Of a DNA stretch of 64,000 nucleotides, positions 1 through 12,829 are shown piece by piece (positions within the stretch are counted from its first letter, which is position 1; the number at the start of each line of letters is the position of its first letter). The notes under the pieces are model-generated. The model saw only the letters and a program-made list of their open reading frames with translations. It was not told the origin of the DNA and ran no database searches. The stretch is from contig NC_068988.1 in NCBI RefSeq assembly GCF_001194135.2, forward strand, positions 91,328,725-91,392,724, written 5' to 3'. The stretch comes from Octopus bimaculoides. Its lineage: Eukaryota. The position numbers and the translations under genes are program-made.

Positions 1-33
<33 letters not shown>
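1..33. repeat. (AT)n microsatellite
   Basis: Pure AT dinucleotide run at the window start. Confidence 0.98.
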
Positions 34-34
<1 letters not shown>

Positions 35-539
35 TAGCAGCTAAGCCCGGTTTCACCCGGTCGGTTTAGATGATGTGGCTATAAAACCTGCTCTGTGTAA
101 GTATTCAACTTGTTTGGGCACGCTTACGTTAAAAAACAATTTTAGAATGACTTGTTTCTGTCAAAACGCTAAAAATGACTGACCAACAAAAAAAGAAAAA
201 CAACTAAGATTCAACCAAATCAAAAAAGAAACCCAAATACTAAGCGAGCAAAGATGAACCATCCCACTTCCATTGCGCGCACACGCACACACACACACAT
301 GCACACACACACACACACATACGCACACACAAACACGCTCGCGTGCGCACACACGCATTCCTATACCCCCTTTTACATACACACACATATATTCAGAGTT
401 GAAACGCTGTTTGATTTAATTTTTCAGCGTACAATTTTCATCATCCCACTACCAAGTATGACATCACCCTTTCCTTCCTTATTCATCTATCACCCCTTCC
501 TTTTCTCATTCATAAACACAAGAGTATTATTATAGTAGA
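34..539 (-). mobile_element. Non-autonomous Helitron with internal (CA)n
   Basis: On the minus strand it starts TCTACTATAAT (539) after an A and ends CCGGGTGAAACCGGGCTTAGCTGCTAG (34) before a T. This gives the 5' TC, a subterminal CCGG/CCGG hairpin, the 3' CTAG and an A|T target, all Helitron hallmarks. Confidence 0.75.
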
Positions 540-662
540 TTATCTCGGTAACCATGGGAGCTATGAAAAAATACAAAGCCCAGCATCATCACATGTGTGT
601 AATTTTTCGTGCAATTCCACCTAGCCATTTGACCGTGAATCCCAAGACAAGANNNNNNNNNN

Positions 663-709
<47 letters not shown>

Positions 710-761
710 AAGAGATAGAAAGAAACTGATAGACAGACAGAGACAGAGGGGAGGGAGGGAC

Positions 762-820
<59 letters not shown>

Positions 821-822
821 AT
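663..822. repeat. (AG)n / (GACA)n / (GAAA)n compound microsatellite
   Basis: Read directly from the sequence. Confidence 0.95.
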
Positions 823-879
823 GAAAGAAGTATGCAGAAAATATAACTTCTTTTAACTTGTGTGTATGTATGAGTTGTA

Positions 880-1215
880 TATGTGGTATATCCCAGTGGT
901 TAAAATATTGGCTTAGCGATGATGATGTTCTGAGTTCGATCCTGCTGTATGGCATCTTTATCAATTGTCTTTTATCATAGAGTTGACCTAGCTTTGTGAA
1001 AGGATTTGAGAAACCCGAAAATGTGTGGAAGCCGGTCAGATGGCTTGTAACGGACCAATCATGTCATACAGTGTCACGCTGATTCTACCTGGGGATTACA
1101 TTAAGGCTGCCCGTGTCTGCGGAATACTCAACCACCTGCACTATAATTCACTACAAAGAGGTAGTGCGGTTGATTGAACAACATGAATACTCATTGTCGA
1201 AACCAACGGAGAAAC
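880..1215 (+). mobile_element. Diverged tRNA-derived SINE (family A-like head, family B-type 3' tail)
   Basis: A-box-like CCCAGTGGTT and B-box GAGTTCGATCC; the 3' part aligns by eye with the tail at 17510-17670 (GTGTCACGCTGA...CCACYTGCAC...). Confidence 0.7.
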
Positions 1216-2032
1216 CGTTTATAGTTATGCATACAAATACACACCCGTAGACGTATTGTTGTAGGTCTACACACACATACACACACTCACACACACACGC
1301 ACACACACACACACAAACACACACATATACGCATACATATATGCACATATACAGACATTGCCTCAGTGCTTCCCTTTCCTAACCGCTGAGAATAACATGT
1401 ATATATGAAAGAATTTAAGTGCAATTTAAAAATCAGTTAATTGTTTACCTGTTCTCACCTTTCAACTTTAGCTATTTTATAAACATACATTAGTTGCACG
1501 CAGGTTGCATTTCTAAAACCCTCTTCGCCTAGTCTTCCCACCACACAACTAAAGCTGTCAAAATTTCTAACTGGAACCTATTTTGCACCTCTACAAAGGT
1601 TTCTGACATTCACAGCGCCTACTTCGAACTTACTAATTATACAATTCAATTACTTTTCATACACGTTCCCATGTCTTTAAAATATTACAGTTATATATCA
1701 CTGAAATCGAATGTAGTTCTCTTGCAGCTGTTTGTCACCATCAAATTTCGCTCCATCCGGAATATTATTATCATTATATAAAACCACTGGCATGGAACAC
1801 TTCCGACAGGTGAACGTTCGTTGCTTTTGTAGTATAAGAATTGTAGTAGTAGAATTCCCAAGGTCAACACCAATTCCATCATCACCATCGACTCTTCTCC
1901 CTTTCTTTTTGTCTGCAGATCGTCTGAACATTGTCTAATGTGTGCGTGTGTGTGTTTGCGTATGTGTGGCTGTAGAGGCATGTAGGTATGCATTTGTTCT
2001 ATATATGTGTGTGTCCATGCATGCGTGCGTGT

Positions 2033-2063
<31 letters not shown>

Positions 2064-2189
2064 ACAATGTGAGTGCTACAGATGTTGCGTACGTAACAGA
2101 CGATGTCTGAGTGCCAATTCATGAAACTGCCTCACTTATGGCTGGCTAGAATAATATCATTGTAATATTACAAATAACACAATTGCATA

Positions 2190-2243
2190 TAAAGTTATTG
2201 TTCATATGTGTGTATGTGTGTATGTGTGTTTGCATGCGTGTGT

Positions 2244-2319
<76 letters not shown>

Positions 2320-2545
2320 CAAAGTTCACACGCACGTACACACACACACACACACATATATATTTACTCAAGGCACGTGCCTGATATGTATATACTTATA
2401 TGCATAAACATTTCTGTATGTAGATACATCCACATATATACACGCGGCACGTGCAATGAGTAAATACTTAATGGAGGTTACGCATTCATAAAGAAGTTGT
2501 TAAGAAAGGCCTTTTTCTTTGAGAGACAATATGTAAAATTTGCTT

Positions 2546-2602
<57 letters not shown>

Positions 2603-2746
2603 AAGAGAGAGTGCCTATGTGGAGTGTATAAGTATGTGCGTGTGCGTGTGTATGTATATATATATATCCACACACATATATATGTATATATATGTGTGTG
2701 TGTGTGTATATACATATATGTACATACATACATATACATACATACG

Positions 2747-2778
<32 letters not shown>

Positions 2779-2785
2779 CATATAT

Positions 2786-2846
<61 letters not shown>

Positions 2847-3102
2847 CATATATATACATATATACATACATATATATACATATATATATATATACATATA
2901 TATATACATATATACATGCATAGATATACATACATATATACATACATATATATATATATATATATACATATATACATACATATACATATATGCATACATA
3001 TATATACACATATATATATGCATATACATATATATTCATACATATATATACATATACATATATACGTATATATATATATATACATATACATACATATATA
3101 TA

Positions 3103-3152
<50 letters not shown>

Positions 3153-3900
3153 NNNNNNNNNNNNNNNNNNNNNNNNNNNNNNNNNNNNNNNNNNNNNNNN
3201 NNNNNNNNNNNNNNNNNNNNNNNNNNNNNNNNNNNNNNNNNNNNNNNNNNNNNNNNNNNNNNNNNNNNNNNNNNNNNNNNNNNNNNNNNNNNNNNNNNNN
3301 NNNNNNNNNNNNNNNNNNNNNNNNNNNNNNNNNNNNNNNNNNNNNNNNNNNNNNNNNNNNNNNNNNNNNNNNNNNNNNNNNNNNNNNNNNNNNNNNNNNN
3401 NNNNNNNNNNNNNNNNNNNNNNNNNNNNNNNNNNNNNNNNNNNNNNNNNNNNNNNNNNNNNNNNNNNNNNNNNNNNNNNNNNNNNNNNNNNNNNNNNNNN
3501 NNNNNNNNNNNNNNNNNNNNNNNNNNNNNNNNNNNNNNNNNNNNNNNNNNNNNNNNNNNNNNNNNNNNNNNNNNNNNNNNNNNNNNNNNNNNNNNNNNNN
3601 NNNNNNNNNNNNNNNNNNNNNNNNNNNNNNNNNNNNNNNNNNNNNNNNNNNNNNNNNNNNNNNNNNNNNNNNNNNNNNNNNNNNNNNNNNNNNNNNNNNN
3701 NNNNNNNNNNNNNNNNNNNNNNNNNNNNNNNNNNNNNNNNNNNATACATATATATATACATATATATATACATATATATATATACATATATATACATATA
3801 CATATATGTATACATATACATATATGTATACATATACATATATATATATATATATATATACACGTACATATATATACATACAGACATACATACACATACC
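2190..3900. repeat. Large (TA)n/(TACA)n/(GT)n/(AG)n compound microsatellite field spanning a gap
   Basis: Read directly; the N-run lies at about 3153-3743. Confidence 0.95.
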
Positions 3901-4829
3901 ATGATATATGTATATACGCACATATAGGCACAACGCACATACAATACCGGAGTTTAGCGTATTACCATTTATTACGTAATTTACAGTGACTCCCTTATGA
4001 CCGACATCTTCGTTTTTGACTCTTAGTCAATCATCAGTCATCATTAGTTAGGGTTATTTTGTCTTATATGAGTCCTTTCAGCTGACCAAAAGAATTTCAG
4101 TAGACCAACATAGTTGTCGTAAAGTAACTGTAAACTGCATTACTTATGAGGTGGTGGGATAGAGGTGTACACCTATGTATATGTTAGCCCTTTGCCTCCC
4201 TCAAGCATTTTTGTAAGTTTCTCCTAAACGTCCACCTATATGTTCAAACTTTTATTTAGCCCTTGTGACACAGAGCTTTCCTTTCGGTAGTAGAGAAGCA
4301 TCTGGAATGTGTATCATATATAATTCATGGATGTCAGGAATTTGTTTTGTATACCTCATATAATACAGAAGATAGGCAAAGGGTTATTTTTCGCAAGGAA
4401 AAGGTTCCAAGGCCTACTGCAATCACACTAAGTGTTTATGTGTATAGATGTACGTGCATTTATACATATGTAAACATACATTACTTATGCATATTCACGT
4501 ATTTTGTACACAGGCATACATACATATATACACACACACACACACATACATGTATATATATGCGTTTACACACATGTAATGTGTGCATGAGTATGCAAGT
4601 GTGCGTGTGTGTGTGTGTGCGTATGCATGCGTACGTGCGTACGATGTTCAAAATTTTCCGCATCAGCAAACTTTGTGTGTGCATGCTCAAAAGATGAGTA
4701 AAGATCTCCGGTTGCTGTCAGAAGAGACGGGCTATGCAATCCGATGATATTTCAAATTCATTTTTACTTGGATATGAAAGCAATAGTAATCGCGCTTTCA
4801 CCTTTGACTGTAATATATTTATGTATCTA

Positions 4830-4938
4830 CAGGGTGTCCACGAGGTCTGGGTACATGCAGTAAATAAAATCATAACATAAACAACTAAATATAAGAAATA
4901 ATAAGTTCTTAAAGTACCCAGACTTTGTGGACATCCTG
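4830..4938. mobile_element. 109-bp Tc1/mariner-type MITE
   Basis: TIRs CAGGGTGTCCACGAGGTCTGGGTAC and GTACCCAGACTTTGTGGACATCCTG, with TA on both sides (4828-29, 4939-40). Confidence 0.85.
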
Positions 4939-4984
4939 TACAATATATTCACCTGACCAACCCAAGATCACCATACATACACAT

Positions 4985-5046
4985 CTCTTACCTTTTACTT
5001 GTTTCAGTCATTGGACTGCAGCCATGCTGCGGCACTGCCTTCAAGG
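4985..5046 (-). mobile_element. SINE family A 3'-tail fragment
   Basis: TTTTACTTGTTTCAGTCATTGGACTGCAGCCATGCTG matches 12592-12630. Confidence 0.8.
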
Positions 5047-5289
5047 ATTTTTAGTCCAATGTGTTATTAATTTCTACACACATCAAAATAATTTAGTCGT
5101 CGTAAGCGTGTAAGTGCCAGTTATATATATATATATATGGAAATTAATTATACAGTGTATTGCAGTGTATATGTACTTGTGCATGTATAGAAGTTGTAAT
5201 TGTTGTTTAACCCTAAGCCAGACATCACTGCATTCCAACCATGACCAGGCGTCCTTGTTTTACGACTACATTATCCGCTATTTCCTTCC

Positions 5290-7000
5290 ACTTTAAGACA
5301 GTAGATTGCGATTTTGAGCAATTTGGTTGCTTTTTCTCGCACGTCGAGTAATGATATTGATACTCCTTTGTATACCATGATGCTGAATACGCAGCTACGT
5401 TTTGTGTCTGTGTGGTTTCTTTTGTTTTCTTTTCTATTGCTTCGAGTAAGGTCGGAATAGTTGTGCACCAATGTCTGGAGAATAGTGCGACGATACAAAT
5501 GTGATATTAGTTTCGTATGAGTTTGTTTTCATTTTGTGTAACTGTGGGAAAGTTATGTAAATGACTTTATAAATAAAAGGTTGAAAAGTGTGTGAGAGAA
5601 CAGACTTCTGTGGTAATTAGTTCGGAAAAATGCAAGTTGTTCTTGTACGCTACATACGCTTGATGGTTTGACAGGCAGTTTGCTAGCCAGTGTTTTGTGT
5701 TGTTTCTTGCAGTGGTGTTGAGTATCTTTTGCCTGAGGGAATAACAGGTATGAAACTGATAAGTTTGCTGGTGTCCATGGTTGTTAGAAATGTATTTGTG
5801 AGTAATTATATATTCTCTGTTTTAAATTCATCAATAATGTGATAGTTAAGTAAAGAGATACTATTCAGTGTTGCGATTTTGGAGTTGGAGATGTGTAGAA
5901 TATTTGAGGACGACGTGCATAGGGGTATGATAGTACTTAGCTGGTTTGTTAGGCCTTAAAAATTTTACAGCTTTGCTCAGCTTCCAAAGTCTTAGAATTT
6001 AAAGAGTATTGGTATGAGTACATTTCTGTGTCTTAGAGTGTAATGACGCCCTCAGGCCCTAGTCGTCTTAAATGTACATTTGTGTTTTTGTCTACTCTTG
6101 GAGCTTTTGGGATTTTAGACTGGTATTTTTGTCGTCTAATGGAAGGAAAGAATCAAAATCATGGTTCAGGTGTAAGCTATGTATTTTTCATTCTTTCTTC
6201 CTGTGCTATTTGTGTGATTTTTGTGAGCTAGTTTTCAAAATACTTCTGGTAAGTGCGTATCCTTAATGTTGCGATGTTGGTACATTATTTAAGTACGTAA
6301 TTGTGACATGGGTTCAGACGTAATCGTTGCTACATCAACAGTCACATCATGATCCACGCTGCTAATTGCTATATATAGTGTTTTGCTTTCAGCATTTTGG
6401 TTTATATTAGATACAAATGTTTGAAAGACACTTCTTATGTTTTATATGACATATTTCTTCTGTTATTTCCTTCTTTAATTGTTTGAGGTTGAGTTTATTA
6501 TTTCTATTGCATGTGGTTTTGGTGAATGCCACTCAGTGGGTATTGTATGGTTGGCTATACGATTGGGTTTTGTACTTTTTATTTTACCATGTAGGTTATG
6601 ATAAATAGATGTGTCCATAATCATTTGATTGAATATATGCACTGTAGTTCCAACGTTGATGATTCTGGTGTTGTTGAACTTTGAAAACATCGTTTCTGTT
6701 TCTTGATGTAACTCGTTCCTTTGTACTTTAGGTAGTCCAAGGAACGTGACGCTAAGTAATTGGGGTGTGTAGCGATGAAGGTAATATCTAAAAAAAAAGA
6801 GCTATTACAGTTGTCTCGGTAAGGTATGTGTATGTGCATTGGAGTAGATTGTTTAGCGTGTAAAGGGAGTTCAGCTCTGATATTAAGGTACCTCTTTTGA
6901 TATCTGTAATATTTAAAAAACTAGGAAGCGGTGAGGACATTGAAGTCACCATCAACGATAGCATTTGTGAGAGTGCCAAAGTGTTCCAGTTGGAGTATGT
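5290..7000 (-). mobile_element. Old degenerate LINE ORF2 (APE endonuclease + RT; Jockey/I-group-like)
   Basis: Minus-strand motifs in the expected order: DGDFNV (about 6939-6953), TNVHLRRLGPEG (about 6050-6085), LWKLSKAVKFLRPNKP (about 5940-5990), WLANCLSNHQAYVAY, HTLFNLL and SYETNITF (decayed YADD). Many stops and frameshifts. Confidence 0.65.
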
Positions 7001-7074
7001 CACCTAGTGGGACAGTTGATGAGGTCATTGGTAATCTATGTGTAAATGGTAGCTCAAATTATATACACTTTATA

Positions 7075-7315
7075 TACGCTTTATCCCACGTTGCTCCAAC
7101 CCATTAAGCTGGCAAAAGTGAGTAGAACCTGTATTTCAAAGGGCCAGCCTTGTCGCATTCTGTGTCACACTGAATCTCCTTGAGAACAATGCTAAGGATA
7201 CGCGTGTTTGTGGAGCATTCAGCCACTTGCACATTAATTTCACGAGTAAGCTGCTCCATTGATCGAAACAACTGGAACCCACCGCGTCGTAACCAACGGA
7301 GTACCAGTTACTCAA
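7075..7315 (+). mobile_element. 5'-truncated SINE (family D core + family B tail)
   Basis: CACGTTGCTCCAACCCATTAAGCTGGCAAAA, then TTCAAAGGGCCAGCCTTGTC...CAACTGGAACCC as at 17501-17660. Confidence 0.8.
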
Positions 7316-7697
7316 TACGTAAACATACACACTGAGTGGGGTGGCAGTCTATGGGTATCTGATATACATCCCAGATATATAAAATGATAAACGACAAGAG
7401 GATCAACAAGGACAATCACAATCAAAATGCGCACGTGTGTGTGCGTGAGTGCCGACATGCATACCTCGGCCTAATAAGTCTTTGCAAAGACTACCATATG
7501 AACACTAATACAATAAACTGGAACGATTACTTAAACATCAATGAAGCGGGCAGTCCAAGCGATCTTTTTCTGCAGGTAGTGCAGCTCAGCCCACCAAGCA
7601 CAAAAGGATATGAATTACAGGATTTTATAGGATTTTCTATAAAGACTGCAGATACTACTAATGATTCTGCTAGCTTGCCACCTTAATACTACTACTT

Positions 7698-7782
<85 letters not shown>

Positions 7783-7990
7783 TGATCCTTTCTACTTTAG
7801 GCACAAAGCCTGAAATTTTGGGGGAAAGGACAAGTCGATTACATCGACCCCAGTGTTTCACTGGTGCTCAATTTATCGACCTCAAAAGGATGAAATGCAA
7901 AGTCAACCTCGGCAGAATTTGAACTCTGAACGTTCAGACGGACGAAATGCTGCTAAGCATTTTGCCAGGCGTGCTAACTATTCTGTCTTG
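7783..7990 (-). mobile_element. tRNA-derived SINE family C flanked by (AAT)n
   Basis: B-box GAGTTCAAATTC on the minus strand, core TTCATCCTTTTGAGGTCGATAAATT, tail AGAAAGGATCATCATTATT. AAT tracts at 7730-7782 and 7991-8033. Confidence 0.88.
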
Positions 7991-7996
7991 ATAATG

Positions 7997-8083
<87 letters not shown>

Positions 8084-8669
8084 GGATCTTCTTTAAAACG
8101 GGGGCCACATTTTTGATTAATGTTTTACGTAGTGTTTTTGGTACGGAAAGACTTTCAAACTTCGTATACTTATCTATTTTGTGTTATAGAACAGAAAAAT
8201 ATTTTTGTATTCGAATTTATTTCATGTAAAAAATTGTCTTATTTCGATAATTTCAACCAATCACTGACAAGTATTCAGTTGTTTACATTTACTCCTTTGG
8301 CTCACAAAGCGATGTAAAGCGTATTTAATCTCCATACCTTCGTTTTATTTGCTTTTTTCATTTTAAATTTGCTTTAACCCTAACCCTAGGGTTAGGGTTA
8401 GAGTTAGGGTTAGGGTTAGGGTTAGGGTTAATTGTTTCAGAATCGTTTGTTTATGTAGTCGGCACTTAATGTATATCGGCTGAATGGACGTCAGTGATTG
8501 GTTGAAATTACAGAAATACGACAACTTTAACATGGAATAATTTATGGATTTCTTTTTCTTTAAAGAAGACTAAGAGAAAAAGATGTTTTATATGACACAT
8601 TCTACCAGTGTTCCAAGTTTCAAAGTGTTTCGTTAATGAAAAATGTGGCCCCCGTTTTAAAAAAGATCC
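8084..8669. mobile_element. 586-bp fold-back MITE, Merlin-like, with a telomeric-repeat core
   Basis: TIRs GGATCTTCTTTAAAACGGGGGCCACATTTT and AAAATGTGGCCCCCGTTTTAAAAAAGATCC; 8-bp direct flanks TTATTATA (8076-83, 8670-77); imperfect inverted similarity extends about 190 bp. GG termini with an 8-bp TSD fit the Merlin superfamily (inference). Confidence 0.8.
8375..8430. repeat. Interstitial telomeric-type repeat (TAACCC)2 followed by about 7 (TTAGGG) units
   Basis: TAACCCTAACCCTAGGGTTAGGGTTAGAGTTAGGG...; a perfect 26-bp palindrome at 8375-8400. Confidence 0.95.
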
Positions 8670-8970
8670 TTATTATATCTTTATTCTTCTCAAAGACAAT
8701 ACAAATACAAAATATTAAATTACAATAATTATAAAATGGTCAAGGGTATTTTTTTTATAAAAGGAATAAACTTGTCAGAAGAGTGGTTAGTGGTGTGATG
8801 ATACTATCGCATTCAATGTCGACACTTGCCAATTTCATGCTAAAAGCCTACAGCAGAATATCAAGGATAAGCACGGTGTATCGTAGAAAGGAGACAGGGT
8901 AATTGAATGTCTTCAGAATAATGATAGCAGACACAAGCACTTCATACCAGATGGTTTCATTCGCAGATCA

Positions 8971-9014
<44 letters not shown>

Positions 9015-9044
9015 TCAAGCACAGCTGTGTGTTTTTAAAAAGAT

Positions 9045-9183
9045 TTCGCTTCGCAACCATTTGGTTACGGTTTCCGTCCCAAGACGCGGTATCTTAGGCA
9101 AGTGTCTTCAACTATAGTTCCGAGCGGGTAATCAATGCCTTGTAAATTAATTTAGTTGATGGAAACTATGTGGAAGCCTGTAA

Positions 9184-9185
<2 letters not shown>
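9045..9185 (+). mobile_element. Degenerate SINE family A 5' half
   Basis: GGTTTCCGTCCC...TAGGCAAGTGTCTTCAACTATAG...GCCTTGT...GGAAACT matches the reverse complement of 12845-12960. Confidence 0.7.
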
Positions 9186-9238
<53 letters not shown>

Positions 9239-9599
9239 GAGAGAGAGAGNNNNNNNNNNNNNNNNNNNNNNNNNNNNNNNNNNNNNNNNNNNNNNNNNNN
9301 NNNNNNNNNNNNNNNNNNNNNNNNNNNNNNNNNNNNNNNNNNNNNNNNNNNNNNNNNNNNNNNNNNNNNNNNNNNNNNNNNNNNNNNNNNNNNNNNNNNN
9401 NNNNNNNNNNNNNNNNNNNNNNNNNNNNNNNNNNNNNNNNNNNNNNNNNNNNNNNNNNNNNNNNNNNNNNNNNNNNNNNNNNNNNNNNNNNNNNNNNNNN
9501 NNNNNNNNNNNNNNNNNNNNNNNNNNNNNNNNNNNNNNNNNNNNNNNNNNNNNNNNNNNNNNNNNNNNNNNNNNNNNNNNNNNNNNNNNCTTCTCCTCC

Positions 9600-11858
9600 T
9601 GAAATTCTCCAGCCTGCAGGCGCATTATTAGAGCAGGTCCACTCACACGGGCCATTTTCGCTACATTCACCCACCTTTCAGAGAATGTACTTGGGGGGGG
9701 GGGCAGCACTTCTCTCTCCATCCTCATATTCCGTTCCAAGTGAAATTTTAAAATGTTGATGAGGGATTGGCCGTCTGTCTTCAGTCCTTTCAACCTAGTC
9801 CACCATACAACCTCTTTCGCTACTGCTACCAGACAGGAAAATTGCCTGTCCTTCTTGGCCAAAGGAAGGTGGCGGGCCAATCTTCACTATGAACTCAGCC
9901 GATAGCCTGATCCGTCCAACACATAACTGTTCGGCATAACTCCACAAGTTAGTAATGCATGGACACTGGACGAGTGCGTGCAGAACAGTTTCGTCGCTCT
10001 GCGCGCATCTCGGGGAGGTCCATCTGACAGCACTTCCGTGCCTGTAGACTTTATCTCGAACTGGCAGTGCCCCCCGGTAGCACTGCCAAGCGAGGGATTT
10101 TTGGAAGTTATCCGTCGTCCCAGGCTCGAAAGTCTTCCGGAGCAGACTGGTGAGTTCGACTTCACCGACGCCCAGCACCTCTCGGAGTGCGTCATCACAC
10201 TTCCCCACCACTAACACTGTATGGACTTGGTCGGGATTCCGCAAGTTTGCGCCTCTCCAACCAAATCCTCGACGACAACCGCAAACCTCTTCGCTAATAC
10301 CTTGGCCAAAATCTTAAACTCTGTGCTGAGCAGAGTTATGGGCCTGATGTTATCTAATGTGTCCTTCTCGTCTTCGTCTTTCCTTATCAGTGTCACTACA
10401 CCTCGGCTCACAGAACTGGGAATTGTCCCGTTCTGCTGCCATTTGCAGAAGAGTGCTTCGAGGAGATTGGAGAATAAGTCTGGCTTATTGACGTAAATCT
10501 CGTAGGGCAGACCATCCAAACCAGGTGACTTGTCCCTCAGGCAGCCGACAAGGGCCTCCTGAAGTTTGGCTGAAGTTATCTGCTTTTCGCGGCGCTGAAC
10601 GTCGGCCATCGAGAGGCGCGGCAAACCGTCTAGGTAGGGACTGAAGTCCGATACTGTCTCTGACCCGCCACTCACCCCGAACAACTGAGCAAAGTGCTGG
10701 TGAAAGGCCTCACACATCGTATTCGTCTCGGCTCGTCAAAGACCGGATTGTGGTTTTGTTACCATGATGCGCCTCCTCCATGCGGGCCCATCGAACAGCC
10801 TTGGTCCCCTCGTTTCTCAGAGTACGTGCCTTAGCTCTGACAATGCAACCTTCATGTTTTGCACTGAAGAACTGGTCTAATGCCATTGTCTCTGCTAGCA
10901 CGTCAGTTGCAATCCCACTACAAATCGTCTCGTCTAACGTAGCCACTAGCTCCTCCTACTTTCTATTTTTTCTAACGGTACTTCTTTGCTAAACCCTATC
11001 GATATTTCTCTAATCTCTCTTTTGAGAGCCGCCCACCACCTGTTGTTGACGACTTCCCCACCCCTGTGAACTTTTGCTTAACTACATTGTTGACCTGGTC
11101 CCTGAAAGCCTTACGTGCCAGAAACGACATGTTCAGCCTCCAGTACCTGGGTCCTACCTCACGCATCTTATCTAGGTCGACTGTACAGATTACAAACTTG
11201 TGATCGGAATAGGCGACCGTTTTGAAAAGTGGACATCCTACACTATTACTGTCTAATTTCCTTGTGAAAATCCTGTCTATATACGATTTAGATGAACCTA
11301 TGCGATTGATCCAGGTCCACACTGGCGCATTGGGAAAATTTCGTCGGTACCTGTCAGACAGTTGGAACTGGCTGATCAAATGCTTGAGGCTTTTGCAATC
11401 CCCGCTTGTATCAGCTGCTCCCAGAAAATCTCAGTCCCCCACTAACAGTAAAGCGCGAGACGTACCCAGCAAGACTTCCAGACGCCGATTGAAATCCGGC
11501 CGTTTAGCGCTGGTAGGGGCGTAGACGGTCACCAGTCTAAAGACACCACCTTCGCTATTGTTCACGTCGAGGACCAGCTTACCGTCCGGGATCTGGATGA
11601 TCGACCTTACCTCGAGATCCAGGTCTTTCTTAAACTGCCCTGCCACCCCACCTCCCATTCCCGGCCTATTAACAAATGCAAAGATCTGATAGTCGTCGAA
11701 AATGAAATGGGGACTAGTGCTCGTGTGTTGGAAATCCTGGTCTCACTGACAGCAATAACGTCCAATTATAAAGACCTGAGGTCGTTGAGCAGACGCCCCT
11801 GCTTCCAGGGCGACCCCAGGCCTCGAACGTTTCAACTTTCTATTCTTAATATGGCCAT
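9600..11858 (-). pseudogene. Tx1-like ORF2 remnant (APE endonuclease, RT N-terminus, C-terminal Cys/His motif); RT core missing
   Basis: ATG at 11858 MAILRIES*NVRGL; VYAP; LLVGD; SYIDRIF; YSDHKFV; KSPGLDGLPYEIY; RPITLLSTEFKILAKVLAKR; then a jump at about 10215 to LAWQCYRGALPVRD...PRCAQSDETVLHALVQCP. Confidence 0.9.
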
Positions 11859-11888
11859 GTTGGCAGGCTAAATCTAGAGATGAAAGGT

Positions 11889-12795
11889 TTACTTACTTCC
11901 CGATGTCTTATGAAGGTCGGGTGGTTCGACTTCCATAATTGGTGAGGTTTTGTTTGGGAACCCCTTTAAAAGCCTCGATGTGGGTTTCACGTTCAGAGTT
12001 CCCACGTCCCGAGGAAAGCTCTCTTGAATTTGTGTATAGGAATCGAGCGGCATTCGTGCCAGAAGCAAATCTCTTGGAATGTGAAAAGTGCTCGAATCAA
12101 AAATCACCCCGTGTGTTTCAATTTCAGTGCTTTGTGTTACGAGGGCCATCAATTCCTTGTTGGCCCTTCCGATAAGTGCGAACTTGAGTATTTTTTGTTG
12201 GTGTGGTTTTTTATTTGCTTGTTTGACTGTGGAGGGTGATGGTTTTGTTGGTTTCAGCTGTGTCTGTGTTTGCTGTGAGTGTGGTATCTGCGTTTTCAGA
12301 TGTTTGTGTGAGTGTTTGTTTCTTGTGTCTGCTGAGGTTGTTTGCGTTCGGAGGATTTTGCTGATGATGCTGGTGTAAGTTGCGTTGGTATTGATGTTAT
12401 TGGGGAGATGTTTGCGTGGGTTTGTCTGTATTTTTCTTTGTTGTGGGTGTTGTTATGTCTTGTGGAGTTTTTATTTTGTTTTCTTTTTTTTTTTTTTTGG
12501 TGAGGGAGGGCTTTTGGTATTCCTTCGTATTCACTACTGGAAGATAAAGGGTCTGTGGCTATGAGTGTGTCTATCTGTGTACTCTTTTACTCTTTTACTT
12601 GTTTCAGTCATTTGACTGTGGCCATGCTGGAGCACCGCCTTTAGTCGAGCAAATCGACCCCAGGACTTATTCTTTGTAAGCCTAGTACTTATTCTATCGG
12701 TCTCTTTGGCCGAACCGCTAAGTTACGGGGACGTAAACACACCACCATCGGTTGTCAAGCGCTGTTGGGGTGGGGGGAAACACAGACACACAAAC

Positions 12796-12829
<34 letters not shown>

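Noticed and set aside
1698-1931. IGVDLGNSTT motif resembling an Hsp70/actin-fold phosphate loop
   Set aside because: An isolated short match with no further ATPase motifs and no convincing minus-strand splice sites.
2478-3989. Long ORFs (up to 480 aa) rich in YI/HT/CV, and similar ORFs at 24654-26234, 37125-38262 and 54067-56614
   Set aside because: They are translations of dinucleotide or tetranucleotide microsatellites and/or run through N-gaps.
8375-8430. True telomere or chromosome-fusion scar
   Set aside because: The tract is short, lies inside a TIR element with a TSD, and has CCCTAA-then-TTAGGG orientation, the opposite of an end-to-end fusion.
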